This document shows, piece after piece, positions 9,157 through 17,692 of a DNA stretch of 26,515 nt. The notes under the pieces are model-generated. The model had not been told where the DNA came from and ran no database searches. It was given only the letters and a program-made list of their open reading frames with translations. This stretch comes from a virus. Position 1 is the stretch's first letter, and every line of letters begins with the position of its first letter. Position numbers and translations under genes: made by a program. The stretch is from the IMG/VR virus record IMGVR_UViG_3300002138_000190, positions 1 to 26,515 of that record. One strand, written 5' to 3'.

Positions 9157-10068
9157 CTATGCGTTTTCTGCATTTTTCATATCTTCTATGTTTTGTGCTT
9201 TTTGCATTTTTGCCATAGCAATATTAAGATGTTTAAGCATCATTTGCTTTATGCTAGGAAACTTCATGTTTGGGTTTTGATTTTGATATGTGTGGTAAAG
9301 ATTTGTAAGACTCATTATTGCAAGGTTTTTTGTTTGGGCAGTACCTTTTACTCCTGCATTATCTGCTCCAGCTAGAGTAGCTAATTTTATAGCTCTTCCA
9401 TAAGTCTCATTAACTTTTTTAGCTTGACCACCAACACTTCTGTAATTATTTTCTTCATTGACATTATTTATGCCATCGTAATTACCTTCAAAAAACTTAG
9501 GGTCATACATGGAAGCAACACTTTTTTTCCATTCATCTAAAGTTGGAATGCTAGAAAAACTAGTATTTCCTTCTTCCATGTAATCACAACTTTTTTCAGC
9601 TTTCATACATTTCTTCTTTCCTTTACTTGAATTTTTTTTATTTTCTTCTACATGATGATGATTATGATGATGATTTGTATGGTCTTCATCGTCTTCATCG
9701 TCTTCATCGTCTTCATCGTCTTCATCATCTTCGTCATCTTCGTCATCTTCGTCATCTTCAATGTCTTGCATGTCTTCTTCATCATCTTCAATGTCTTCTT
9801 CATCATCTTCAATGTCTTTTACATCTTCATCATCTTTCATTTCATCTTCCATTTCATCTTCATCTTCTGTTGGAATTTCATCACCCATCCAGTTAGGAGC
9901 AGAATTTTCTGGATAGGAATCACCTAGAGTTCTGAATGAGTTTACATCAAAATTGCCTTGGGCAATTGGCCCACCTATAGAATTTGGGGTTATTGGCCCA
10001 CCTAGCACACCTCCGCAAAGTCCAAAATAGCTTTCATTAACTTTTTTCCATTTATCAAAATTTAACAT
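9157..10068 (-). CDS. Highly acidic low-complexity protein with His tract (possible head-internal/core protein)
   Basis: ATG at 10068 with GGAGG; begins MLNFDKWKKVNE; long D/E tract followed by HTNHHHNHHH; ends TAG TAA. Confidence 0.85.
   Translation of the reverse strand: MLNFDKWKKVNESYFGLCGGVLGGPITPNSIGGPIAQGNFDVNSFRTLGDSYPENSAPNWMGDEIPTEDEDEMEDEMKDDEDVKDIEDDEEDIEDDEEDMQDIEDDEDDEDDEDDEDDEDDEDDEDDEDHTNHHHNHHHVEENKKNSSKGKKKCMKAEKSCDYMEEGNTSFSSIPTLDEWKKSVASMYDPKFFEGNYDGINNVNEENNYRSVGGQAKKVNETYGRAIKLATLAGADNAGVKGTAQTKNLAIMSLTNLYHTYQNQNPNMKFPSIKQMMLKHLNIAMAKMQKAQNIEDMKNAENA
9683..9868 (-). repeat. Coding 9-nt (DED/DDE) and 21-nt (DIEDDEE) acidic repeats
   Basis: tcttcatcg / tcttcgtca arrays on the + strand. 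Confidence 0.85.
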
Positions 10069-10101
10069 AATTCCTCCCAAGGGTTATTGTTTATATACTG
10101 T

Positions 10102-10368
10102 TCATTCTTTATTTTTTAAAGCTTTTATTCTTGCTTGTTCGTAAACGCTTCTTCTTAGTATGTTGCTTCGTGTATTTGCCAATGAATTTATATTTACATT
10201 TTGATTTAAAGACATTGGTGTATTGTTAATAGGTAGCTTTGCTGTGTTGTTTTGTTGATTTAAATTTGTATTTTGTATTGGAACAGAAGTTATTCTGGTT
10301 GGTATTGGTGCAGGAGAAAATGGTATTCTTTTATTGCCAGGGCCAGCTTTTTTATTACATCCACACAT
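10102..10368 (-). CDS. Small basic protein with N-terminal CGCNK motif
   Basis: MCGCNKK...; AAGGAG RBS upstream. Confidence 0.75.
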   Translation of the reverse strand: MCGCNKKAGPGNKRIPFSPAPIPTRITSVPIQNTNLNQQNNTAKLPINNTPMSLNQNVNINSLANTRSNILRRSVYEQARIKALKNKE

Positions 10369-10377
10369 AATTACTCC

Positions 10378-10563
10378 TTATAGAAATATTTTTCTGTTGT
10401 TTAGTTTATTTATTATATTTTCTTTTTTATTATCAATTTTATTTAATAAAGTTTCATTGTCGATATTTTTGTTACAGCCACATTCATTTTTTGAAATATT
10501 ACGATTTTGATTGATAATATTTTGGTAGTTTGGAAATTTTATTTTTATTATTTTTTTAGACAT
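10378..10563 (-). CDS. Small basic protein with internal CGCNK motif
   Basis: 61 aa; ECGCNK shared with the adjacent gene. Confidence 0.6.
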   Translation of the reverse strand: MSKKIIKIKFPNYQNIINQNRNISKNECGCNKNIDNETLLNKIDNKKENIINKLNNRKIFL

Positions 10564-10574
10564 ATAATTATATA
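10563..10574. promoter_or_regulatory. Overlapping divergent -10-like elements (TATAAT on +, TATATA on -), each 5 nt from an ATG
   Basis: catataattatatatg: the divergent start codons are only 10 nt apart and neither has an RBS. Confidence 0.5.
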
Positions 10575-12052
10575 TGGAAACAAAAAAACTAATAGATCAA
10601 GCAATTAAAAAATGCTATGATTACTTGGGAAAAGATAAGTTTCTACATGCTAGAATTATTTCTTCTCAAATAATAAAAATTGATTCTAATTGTCATGATG
10701 CACATATGGTATTGGGGCTATGTTGTTTAAAAGATCAAAATGTTGAAAAGGCAAAAGAATTTTTCTTAAAGTGTTTAGAATGTGAAACTTTAAAAGAATC
10801 TGCATACAATAATCTTTCTATATGTTATTCAAAAATAAAAAAGCATCATGATTCAATAAATTGTATTTGGAATTGTTTAAGTTTAAATTCTACTAAAGAT
10901 TATTATTGGTCACATTTAGCAATGCAATATAAAGAATTAAATTATTTTAGCAAAGCAGATGAATGTTTTGTGAAAGCTTTAGATTTAAATCCAAGTGCAA
11001 TTAATCTTTCAAATTATGCAGCTTTTTTAGGAGATAATGGGGATTATAAAAAAGCAACTTTTTATTTTGAAAAAAGCTTAAAAAAAGATCCAAGTTTTTT
11101 TGGGCCATACATAGATTTATTTCATGTTTATGCATTAAACAATCGTTACTCCCATAAGTTGTGGGATTTTTACGAAAAAAGATTTGATGTTTACAGTCAG
11201 TTGAAATGGGTTAAAGAAAAAAATTTAAAATCTCCTAAAAATATTTTAGAATGTAAAAATAAAAAATGTGTTATTTATTGTGAGCAAGGTATTGGTGATG
11301 GGTTAATGTTTATGCGTTATTTAAAATTAATGCCTTCTTATGTAAAATATGTAATTTCTTGTGAACCTGAAATGAAAAGTATTTTTGAAAAATTAAATGT
11401 AAATGTCATTACAAGCTTAAAGAATAAAAAATTTGATTTTTACATTTCTTTATTAAGTCTTCCTTTTTTATTGAAAAAACCATCTATCCCAAAACCTTTT
11501 TTTCCTATTACTTCTAAAATTAAAAAATTCAATAACAAAATAGGTGTATGTTGGAGTGGTTCCCCTGCTCATGCCTTTGACAAACACAGGTCAATTTATT
11601 TTAAAAAGTTTTATGAAATTTTTAAAAACAAAAACAATTTAGAAATTTTTAGTTTAGTTAAAAATTATTCATGCCGAAAATATGTAGAATCAAATGAAGT
11701 TATTGATTTATCAAGTGGTGCTTTGGAAGAAGATGGATTAATTAACATTGGAAATCACATGAAAGATGTTGAGTCTACAACTAAGATAATTTTAGATAAA
11801 AAAATAAGTTTGGTTATAACTGTTGATACAATGATAGCTCATTTAGCATTAAGCATGGGAATTGAAACTTGGTTGTTGTTGTCTAAAAAATCTGATTGGA
11901 GATGGGGTTTAAAAAATAAAAGTAAGTGGTATGGAAACAATTTAAAAATATTTAGACAGACAAAGTTAGATGAATGGGATGATGTTTTAAATAAAATAGA
12001 GGAATATTTGAGTGAATATTCCTCTATTAAAAAATTAAAAATTAGGACTTAA
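10574..12052 (+). CDS. Second TPR + GT9-like glycosyltransferase (paralog of 1030-2391)
   Basis: TPR N-terminus; EQGIGDGLMFMRY, GVCWSGSPAH..D..RS, LVITVDTMIAHLA, DWRWG and IFRQ motifs. Confidence 0.9.
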   Translation: METKKLIDQAIKKCYDYLGKDKFLHARIISSQIIKIDSNCHDAHMVLGLCCLKDQNVEKAKEFFLKCLECETLKESAYNNLSICYSKIKKHHDSINCIWNCLSLNSTKDYYWSHLAMQYKELNYFSKADECFVKALDLNPSAINLSNYAAFLGDNGDYKKATFYFEKSLKKDPSFFGPYIDLFHVYALNNRYSHKLWDFYEKRFDVYSQLKWVKEKNLKSPKNILECKNKKCVIYCEQGIGDGLMFMRYLKLMPSYVKYVISCEPEMKSIFEKLNVNVITSLKNKKFDFYISLLSLPFLLKKPSIPKPFFPITSKIKKFNNKIGVCWSGSPAHAFDKHRSIYFKKFYEIFKNKNNLEIFSLVKNYSCRKYVESNEVIDLSSGALEEDGLINIGNHMKDVESTTKIILDKKISLVITVDTMIAHLALSMGIETWLLLSKKSDWRWGLKNKSKWYGNNLKIFRQTKLDEWDDVLNKIEEYLSEYSSIKKLKIRT

Positions 12053-12332
12053 CTTTTTTAGTCTTTGAAACAACCTTTTCTTTTGGCAAAATAATATCAG
12101 CAGAACGATTGTATTCATTTGCTCTAGCATTACAAGCTGAAACAATTGCTTGAGTTGTAGCAAACAAGGTACAATCACTACCAATTCGTCTTAGTTTAGT
12201 GGCTGCAAAGCCATTTAACAAAGCGGTTGCTTCGTAATATGTCTTGCCCTTAACTATTTTTTTGCCAACCTTAAATGTTACAGGGGAACGATTTGAGGTT
12301 GCAGTACTGCCAGTCTTACAAACAATAGCCAT
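12042..12332 (-). CDS. Small basic hypothetical protein
   Basis: 96 aa, strong AAGGAG RBS, K/R/A/T-rich. Confidence 0.8.
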   Translation of the reverse strand: MAIVCKTGSTATSNRSPVTFKVGKKIVKGKTYYEATALLNGFAATKLRRIGSDCTLFATTQAIVSACNARANEYNRSADIILPKEKVVSKTKKVKS

Positions 12333-12377
12333 TTTAGATACTCCTTAAAAGAAACTGTTAATTTATTATAACCATTT

Positions 12378-12920
12378 TTAAGTTTTTAAAAAATTATAAA
12401 CAGATAAATTTATTAATTTTCTTCTGTTTGCATTGCAATTAAACATTGGCATTAATATTTTTTTACTAAAAGGTCTTGTTCTTTTTTCTGAGTATAAATC
12501 AAATGCATTTAAATATTTATTTTTAAAATTAAGCAACTTAATTTTTCTAATATTAAAAATTTTATAAATTTTTTCAAGAAATATATCAAAGTATTGGTGG
12601 GCTTTGTTAATTTCATTTTCTTTTGTGAATTTTATTAGAAAATTTAAGCTATAGTGGTTGAAAAAAATATTTTTGAATTCATTAGACAACAATGACATAT
12701 TTATAATTAATAATTGCTTGTCTTTTTTAGACTTTAATAAAAGTGGCTTAAACGAAACCACTAGAGTATTTTTTGACTTTAATTTGTGATTTGTACAAAA
12801 TATACATTTTTTAAAATTGTTATTGTGCCATGTTTCGCAAACAGGACATAAATGTTTTGAAAATTTACTTAAATTTTCTAATTCTAATATTTCAGGAGTT
12901 AAAATTGTTTTTTCTTGCAT
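12378..12920 (-). CDS. Hypothetical protein with N-terminal Zn ribbon
   Basis: CPVC...CIFC. Confidence 0.65.
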   Translation of the reverse strand: MQEKTILTPEILELENLSKFSKHLCPVCETWHNNNFKKCIFCTNHKLKSKNTLVVSFKPLLLKSKKDKQLLIINMSLLSNEFKNIFFNHYSLNFLIKFTKENEINKAHQYFDIFLEKIYKIFNIRKIKLLNFKNKYLNAFDLYSEKRTRPFSKKILMPMFNCNANRRKLINLSVYNFLKT

Positions 12921-12959
12921 ACATATATTAAATTATTGTTCTGTTTTAATAGAGGGTAA

Positions 12960-13199
12960 ATGCTAAATTTTTTAGATTGGGCAAAACAAGAAAGTCTTAA
13001 TTTGCCAATATTTTCAGAAGATAAGCGAAATTATGGTAAATGCACCTATCCAGCTAACACTAAGCAATTAGATGTACAGTATCCACCTTCGTATTTAGCA
13101 GTACATAATCCTGATATTTTAGCAAAAATGAATCAGGGAGATTGTAAAAGCACAGGACATAAAAGAAAAAGAAATAGAAAAAGAAAAGGAAAAAAATAA
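12960..13199 (+). CDS. Small protein of the YP...YPPxY family with basic C-tail
   Basis: MLNFLDWAKQE; GAGG RBS; C-terminal KRKRNRKRKGKK; TAATG coupling to the next gene. Confidence 0.8.
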   Translation: MLNFLDWAKQESLNLPIFSEDKRNYGKCTYPANTKQLDVQYPPSYLAVHNPDILAKMNQGDCKSTGHKRKRNRKRKGKK

Positions 13200-13447
13200 T
13201 GTTGAATTTTAATGATTGGGTTAAAGAAAATTACAATGAAGATAACTTCAAAGAAAATGCTACAAAAAGAGCAGGAACAAAATCTTGGGCATATCCTACT
13301 GGTTATATAAGAAGTCAATATCCAAGTAACTATTTCCCACCATATTCTGCAACAGCAGCATACAATATGAAGGATAAAACTCAGGCTAGTGTTGATTCTG
13401 AAATAGGCAAAGTAAGTTACAAAAACTTTAATTCTACTGAAGCTTAA
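13199..13447 (+). CDS. Small protein of the YPxGY...YPxxYF family
   Basis: MLNFNDWVKE...AYPTGYIRSQYPSNYFPPYSA. Confidence 0.8.
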   Translation: MLNFNDWVKENYNEDNFKENATKRAGTKSWAYPTGYIRSQYPSNYFPPYSATAAYNMKDKTQASVDSEIGKVSYKNFNSTEA

Positions 13448-13461
13448 TTAAAATTTATTTG

Positions 13462-13491
13462 AAAAATCCCTGCTTTACAGTAGGGATTTTT
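13462..13491. terminator. Probable bidirectional intrinsic terminator
   Basis: aaaaatccct-gctttacagt-agggattttt hairpin flanked by A/T runs, between convergent genes. Confidence 0.8.
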
Positions 13492-13499
13492 TATTTACG

Positions 13500-13880
13500 C
13501 TATATCATATCTTCCCAATTATTTTCTTCATCATCATCATCATCTTCGTCATCTTCATCGTCTAAATGTTCTACAATTGTTTTTTTAAGTCTCATTTTGT
13601 AATCATATTCTACAATACTGAAGTTTTTCTTTTTCTTAATATCACAAGTTTCCCAATATCCCCATTGCAAGTCGTTTTGAGGGTTTTGCACAAGCAATCC
13701 CAATTTAGCATATTTTAAAATAATTTTCTCAACTATGATTTCTTTTATTTTTAATTCTTTGGACATTCCTGTTACCGATCTAAATTTCCATTTCTTATCT
13801 CTGGTTAGAGATTTAAAAATTTTTTCTTCTATTTCGCCTTCTTTTGTTCCTTTGGGGAAAATATCATACCAGTTTTTCAT
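13500..13880 (-). CDS. Hypothetical protein, possible winged-helix, with acidic C-tail
   Basis: IFKSL...FRSVTGMSKELKI...IILKYAKLGLL resembles a wHTH; GGAG RBS. Confidence 0.7.
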   Translation of the reverse strand: MKNWYDIFPKGTKEGEIEEKIFKSLTRDKKWKFRSVTGMSKELKIKEIIVEKIILKYAKLGLLVQNPQNDLQWGYWETCDIKKKKNFSIVEYDYKMRLKKTIVEHLDDEDDEDDDDDEENNWEDMI

Positions 13881-13912
13881 AAATTATTCTCCAATAGTAT
13901 CTATTATATCAT

Positions 13913-14407
13913 ATGAACAGAAGACCAAAAATTCAAAAATTGAGTAAAACAGACAAAATGCTTTTAAATAAGCAGCAAAAAGAAAACGCTTTCAAAGGAT
14001 CTGGAATATATGTTTTTGAAAACAACATAAATGCTGATCTGATGTTGCCAAAGGCAACATTGGGCAATCAGAAAATTATCCCTCCAAAGGGGAAATTTAG
14101 AGGGGATTCTTTCTTTTTATCTATGGTTAAAACTAATACCTTGAGGCTAATTGAAGTCATTCAGTCTGAAGAAGATGTTTTGAAAATTGCAAATGAAAGT
14201 ATAAATAAAGAAGGAGACAATATGAACAATAAGCTTTTATTAGATCAACCAGCAATAATTACAGACAAGGGAACAGTAGAACATGTTCAAGTTGTAAGTA
14301 TTCCCAATAGTAAAAATGAAAATTTAAACATTGGAGAAAAAGAAGAAAATAAAAATATTCTTTTGGTTGAAGATCCTATTGGAAGTATTGAATTAATTAA
14401 TGATTAA
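13913..14407 (+). CDS. Hypothetical protein
   Basis: 164-aa ORF with TATTAT-N5-ATG upstream. An internal AAGGAG-N-ATG near 14222 could be a second start. Confidence 0.75.
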   Translation: MNRRPKIQKLSKTDKMLLNKQQKENAFKGSGIYVFENNINADLMLPKATLGNQKIIPPKGKFRGDSFFLSMVKTNTLRLIEVIQSEEDVLKIANESINKEGDNMNNKLLLDQPAIITDKGTVEHVQVVSIPNSKNENLNIGEKEENKNILLVEDPIGSIELIND

Positions 14408-14804
14408 AATTGTGATTTTTAATATTAATAAAACTATTTATAAACTTCCTGTAAAATGGAAGTTTATTTTTTAATCTATTATGTAAATTATACTCTTTGC
14501 AATTTTCAAATTTTACCCATTTATACTTTACATGTTCATTGCTTAGTTCACAATCAAAAATTTCATCAATCAAACATATAAATGTAGTAAAATTTTTATC
14601 ATTGTTTAAATCAGGAAATTTACCGATACATTTTTTTTTATCAGCACTAAACTTAGTTTCTTCAAAAGTTTCTCTGTGTGCATTTTCCCAAGGGGATTCA
14701 TCATTTTCTTTTTTACCACCAGGAATACTCCAAATTCCTTTTGCATCTTTTAAAATTAAAAAGTTAACTCCGTCTGTTAGTAAAATACCAGCTGCTTTTC
14801 TCAA
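14397..14804 (-). CDS. Nudix hydrolase
   Basis: Nudix box PGGKKENDESPWENAHRETFEET; LSNEH..YKW. Confidence 0.9.
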   Translation of the reverse strand: MRKAAGILLTDGVNFLILKDAKGIWSIPGGKKENDESPWENAHRETFEETKFSADKKKCIGKFPDLNNDKNFTTFICLIDEIFDCELSNEHVKYKWVKFENCKEYNLHNRLKNKLPFYRKFINSFINIKNHNFNH

Positions 14805-15367
14805 GTTTTTGGGCCTCTCTTTAAGTTTATTCCTTTTAATTTTTCTTTGCTTTTATCAGGTTCGTGTTTTAAATTAGTTATCATTTTTTTAAGTTCTGAA
14901 GCAATTCCTGCTGCATTTTCTTCACCTTCATATTTTTCACTTTTTGTAACATGAACTGTTTTTTTATCTTTGTTGTAATATCCTTTGCTAATAACAAACA
15001 TTTTAAGTTTTTCATTAAAGCTAACAATTCCAGCCCAACCACCGTCATCCCAATTTCTTGCACTTACCAATACTCTTAAAGGCTTCTCAGAAAAAACCAT
15101 TTTTACATGGAAATCTGCTTTTTTTAGTGCTGCACTTACATAACCAAGTACAATTTTGGCATAGTTTGACAATGATTCATCTTTGGTGGTTCTGTAATTA
15201 ATCTCTACACTATATCTTGTATTTTGTGCAGATTCATTTACCGTATTGTTTTTAAAATAATCTAAACAGATATTGGAAAAATCTAAAATTTTTATTTGTG
15301 AAAATTCTTGAGCGTTTTCTAAAAATGTTTTTAGGTCTTCAAATTTGTATTCATTAAAACTTTTCAT
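14801..15367 (-). CDS. Hypothetical protein with CTS-like N-terminus
   Basis: Likely start MKSFNEYKFE at 15367 (the track start at 15385 is the alternative). Confidence 0.75.
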   Translation of the reverse strand: MKSFNEYKFEDLKTFLENAQEFSQIKILDFSNICLDYFKNNTVNESAQNTRYSVEINYRTTKDESLSNYAKIVLGYVSAALKKADFHVKMVFSEKPLRVLVSARNWDDGGWAGIVSFNEKLKMFVISKGYYNKDKKTVHVTKSEKYEGEENAAGIASELKKMITNLKHEPDKSKEKLKGINLKRGPKT

Positions 15368-15432
15368 ATTGTATTTATTTTTCAATCATCAAAATATCAT
15401 AACTTAAATAAATATTTAATAAAGGAGATAAT

Positions 15433-15879
15433 ATGGGTGACTTAAGTTTAGGACAATCTGATGTAAGTGTGGTAATTTCAGATACATCGTTAGCTGGAAA
15501 TATTGCTGTTTTAACCAATACAGATGGTGGCTATGGATTAACTACATATGAAGGAAGTAGAGGGCAAAAAACTTCTGCTAGTAGTATTCCTGTCGTTATA
15601 TCATCTGATCAAGCAGTTCAAACAACTATTGTAAGTGGGCAAGCTACAATAGGTACAGTAGCAACTCAACTAACATCAAATACTTTAAAACAAGGAGTAA
15701 TTATAAAAGCTTCAAATGCTAATACAGGAATTTTGTATTTAGGTGCAAGTGGAGTAACCACAGGAAGTGGTTTTGAATTAAGTGGGGGTGAAACTATAAC
15801 TGTACCAGTTAATAACACAAATATACTTTATGTTATTGCATCTTCTGCGAATCAAGTAGTTTCATTTATAGGAAATTAA
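15433..15879 (+). CDS. Small beta-rich putative virion protein
   Basis: AAGGAG RBS and ATAAATA at 15408-15414; GQKTSASSIPVVISSDQ and VIIKASNANTGILYLG...GFEL..GE; S/T/G/V-rich. Confidence 0.8.
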   Translation: MGDLSLGQSDVSVVISDTSLAGNIAVLTNTDGGYGLTTYEGSRGQKTSASSIPVVISSDQAVQTTIVSGQATIGTVATQLTSNTLKQGVIIKASNANTGILYLGASGVTTGSGFELSGGETITVPVNNTNILYVIASSANQVVSFIGN

Positions 15880-16496
15880 TTTAATTTTTTAATTAAAAAT
15901 GGATGTTTTTCTTTTGCATTGTTAAATTTATCGTTATTGGGTTTATCTTTTCTGCCTTTTACATGTTTAATGCTAAATGGACTGTCATCCATTGCTTTGT
16001 TGTGTTTTTCGTTATCAGGCTTATCTTTTCTACCTTTTAAATGTTTAATGCTAAATGGACTTCCGTCAAAAGCTTTATTGTGCATGTCGTTATTATTGTT
16101 TTTTTGAGTTGGTTTTAAATGTTTGATACTGAATGGATTTCCATCACCACCTTTGTTGTGTGCATCATTGTTTGGTTTTGTTCTACTGCCTTTTAAATGA
16201 GTTATCTTAAAAGGCTTTTTTTCTCCTGATTTATTGTGTATTTCATTATTATTGCTTGGTTGATTTGGTTTTAAATGATTTATCTTAAAGGGATTTTTTT
16301 CACCGATATTGTTCCATAACCTATCATCTTTGCTAATATATATAATTGCATCAGCTGAACCAGGTATAAAATAAGCTGGTGGTAGCAAGCAAAGGCCAGC
16401 ATATCCACAAGGATAAAGTAATGTTTTGCCAGCTGTTCTACTTGCACCTTCTAGAAAATTGTGCTAATCATTAATTAGCCAATTTTTAAATCCCAT
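15876..16496 (-). CDS. YPxGY-family protein with 26-aa His/Lys repeats, interrupted by in-frame TAG at codon 11 (readthrough, pseudogene or sequence error)
   Basis: ATG at 16496 lies 1 nt after the upstream stop. Reads MGFKNWLIND*HNFLEGASRTAGKTLLYPCGYAGLCLLPPAYF, with TAG at 16464-16466; aligns with 13199-13447. Confidence 0.75.
15885..16305 (-). repeat. About 5.5 coding repeats of 26 aa (78 nt): PFxIxHLK...NxxHNK
   Basis: GEKNPFKINHLK.../GEKKPFKITHLK.../GDGNPFSIKHLK.../FDGSPFSIKHLK.../MDDSPFSIKHVK.../KEKHPFLIKKL. Confidence 0.9.
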
Positions 16497-16497
16497 T

Positions 16498-16737
16498 TTA
16501 CTTTTTCAAATCTTTTAACATGTGATTAGCCGTATTAGTTGCATCTTCTTTATCGTCTGCATAATAATCAGCTTTTTCTCCAATATGTTTTCCATCTTTA
16601 AAAAACTTTACTATAAATTCATCATCATCTTTATAAATTTTTGCTGTATTGTTTCCAAGTTTAATTGTATCGATTAATCTTGCATCTTCTAAAACAATAC
16701 TTTCTCTTGATTCAAAATATTCTCTAAATGTTTTCAT
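16498..16737 (-). CDS. Small protein with T4 CTS-like N-terminus (possible internal head protein)
   Basis: MKTFREYFESRE resembles T4 internal protein MKTYQEFIAE; AAGGT RBS. Confidence 0.8.
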   Translation of the reverse strand: MKTFREYFESRESIVLEDARLIDTIKLGNNTAKIYKDDDEFIVKFFKDGKHIGEKADYYADDKEDATNTANHMLKDLKK

Positions 16738-16772
16738 TATCTACCTTTTTAAAATATTGACCTTATTTAAAA

Positions 16773-17648
16773 TTAACCAAAAGTAATTGGAAGAATATCA
16801 CCCCAACGAGTAAGTAATCTTTCTTCCCAATCTTTTTTTTCTTGTAAACCTTCTGCAAGAATTGTGTCGCCATCAAGTTGTATTCCACCATTAGGGCCAG
16901 GTGGATTTTTAATTTTTGACCTAATTCTTCCCAGCATGATTTTTGCAAAAGCTATAGCACCCTCTTGCATGGCAGCAGTTACTCTGTTCCAATCTTTATT
17001 TTTTTGAACATAGTGAACAATTACTGAATGACTACGCATTGGAATAGGATACAGTTTTACTGTGTCATAATTGCCCATCCATTCCCAACCTCCTGTATTT
17101 GATGCTAAATTGCTATACATTTGCTCATATTGTTTGTAAAGAGTCCATTCGCCAGCCCTTCCCCAAATAGGCTGAAGAGGGTCTATCATACCCCCTTGAA
17201 TTGAGCTATAAGCACCACCAGGATAAAAATATTCAAGGGGTATTGCCCCACCAAGATCACTAGCAGAAAAATTAAACGAAGGAACTTGTTTGTAGTGTAT
17301 GTTTCTAATGTATCCTACATCTGGTGGCATTTTATAAATTGATTGGCCAGGATTTGTATTGAAAACATAATATTGAAAAAATTCTCTTGGTGCGTATTCT
17401 TCAAAAATTTGCAAGCATAAATCAACTGAAGCAGCTAGTTGTTGATCATCTAGTTCAATCCTAATAACAGGAGCACCTAACATCAAAAGGACATAATCTT
17501 TTATTTGGCTTATAACTTTGCTGCGATTTTTTCTTGGCCCAAGCTGTTTGATGTCAAGAGGATCTGAAACACCTAAATTATCACCATGATCACATGATGA
17601 TTCTAAAGTACTCGGTCTTTTAAAAAACATTCCATTATTATAATTCAT
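16773..17648 (-). CDS. gp13: T4 gp13-like neck (head completion) protein
   Basis: KDYVLLMLGAPVIRIELDDQQL and GGIQLDGDTILAEG...EERL match the gp13 N- and C-terminal signatures. Confidence 0.85.
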   Translation of the reverse strand: MNYNNGMFFKRPSTLESSCDHGDNLGVSDPLDIKQLGPRKNRSKVISQIKDYVLLMLGAPVIRIELDDQQLAASVDLCLQIFEEYAPREFFQYYVFNTNPGQSIYKMPPDVGYIRNIHYKQVPSFNFSASDLGGAIPLEYFYPGGAYSSIQGGMIDPLQPIWGRAGEWTLYKQYEQMYSNLASNTGGWEWMGNYDTVKLYPIPMRSHSVIVHYVQKNKDWNRVTAAMQEGAIAFAKIMLGRIRSKIKNPPGPNGGIQLDGDTILAEGLQEKKDWEERLLTRWGDILPITFG

Positions 17649-17692
17649 ACTAATATATATTGTAATTAGTTTTTTAAAATTTTAAGGAAATT

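Noticed and set aside
9193-9927. Hydrophobic (VFI)n and His-rich (LHR)n plus-strand ORFs
   Set aside because: Antisense readings of the acidic repeat tract.
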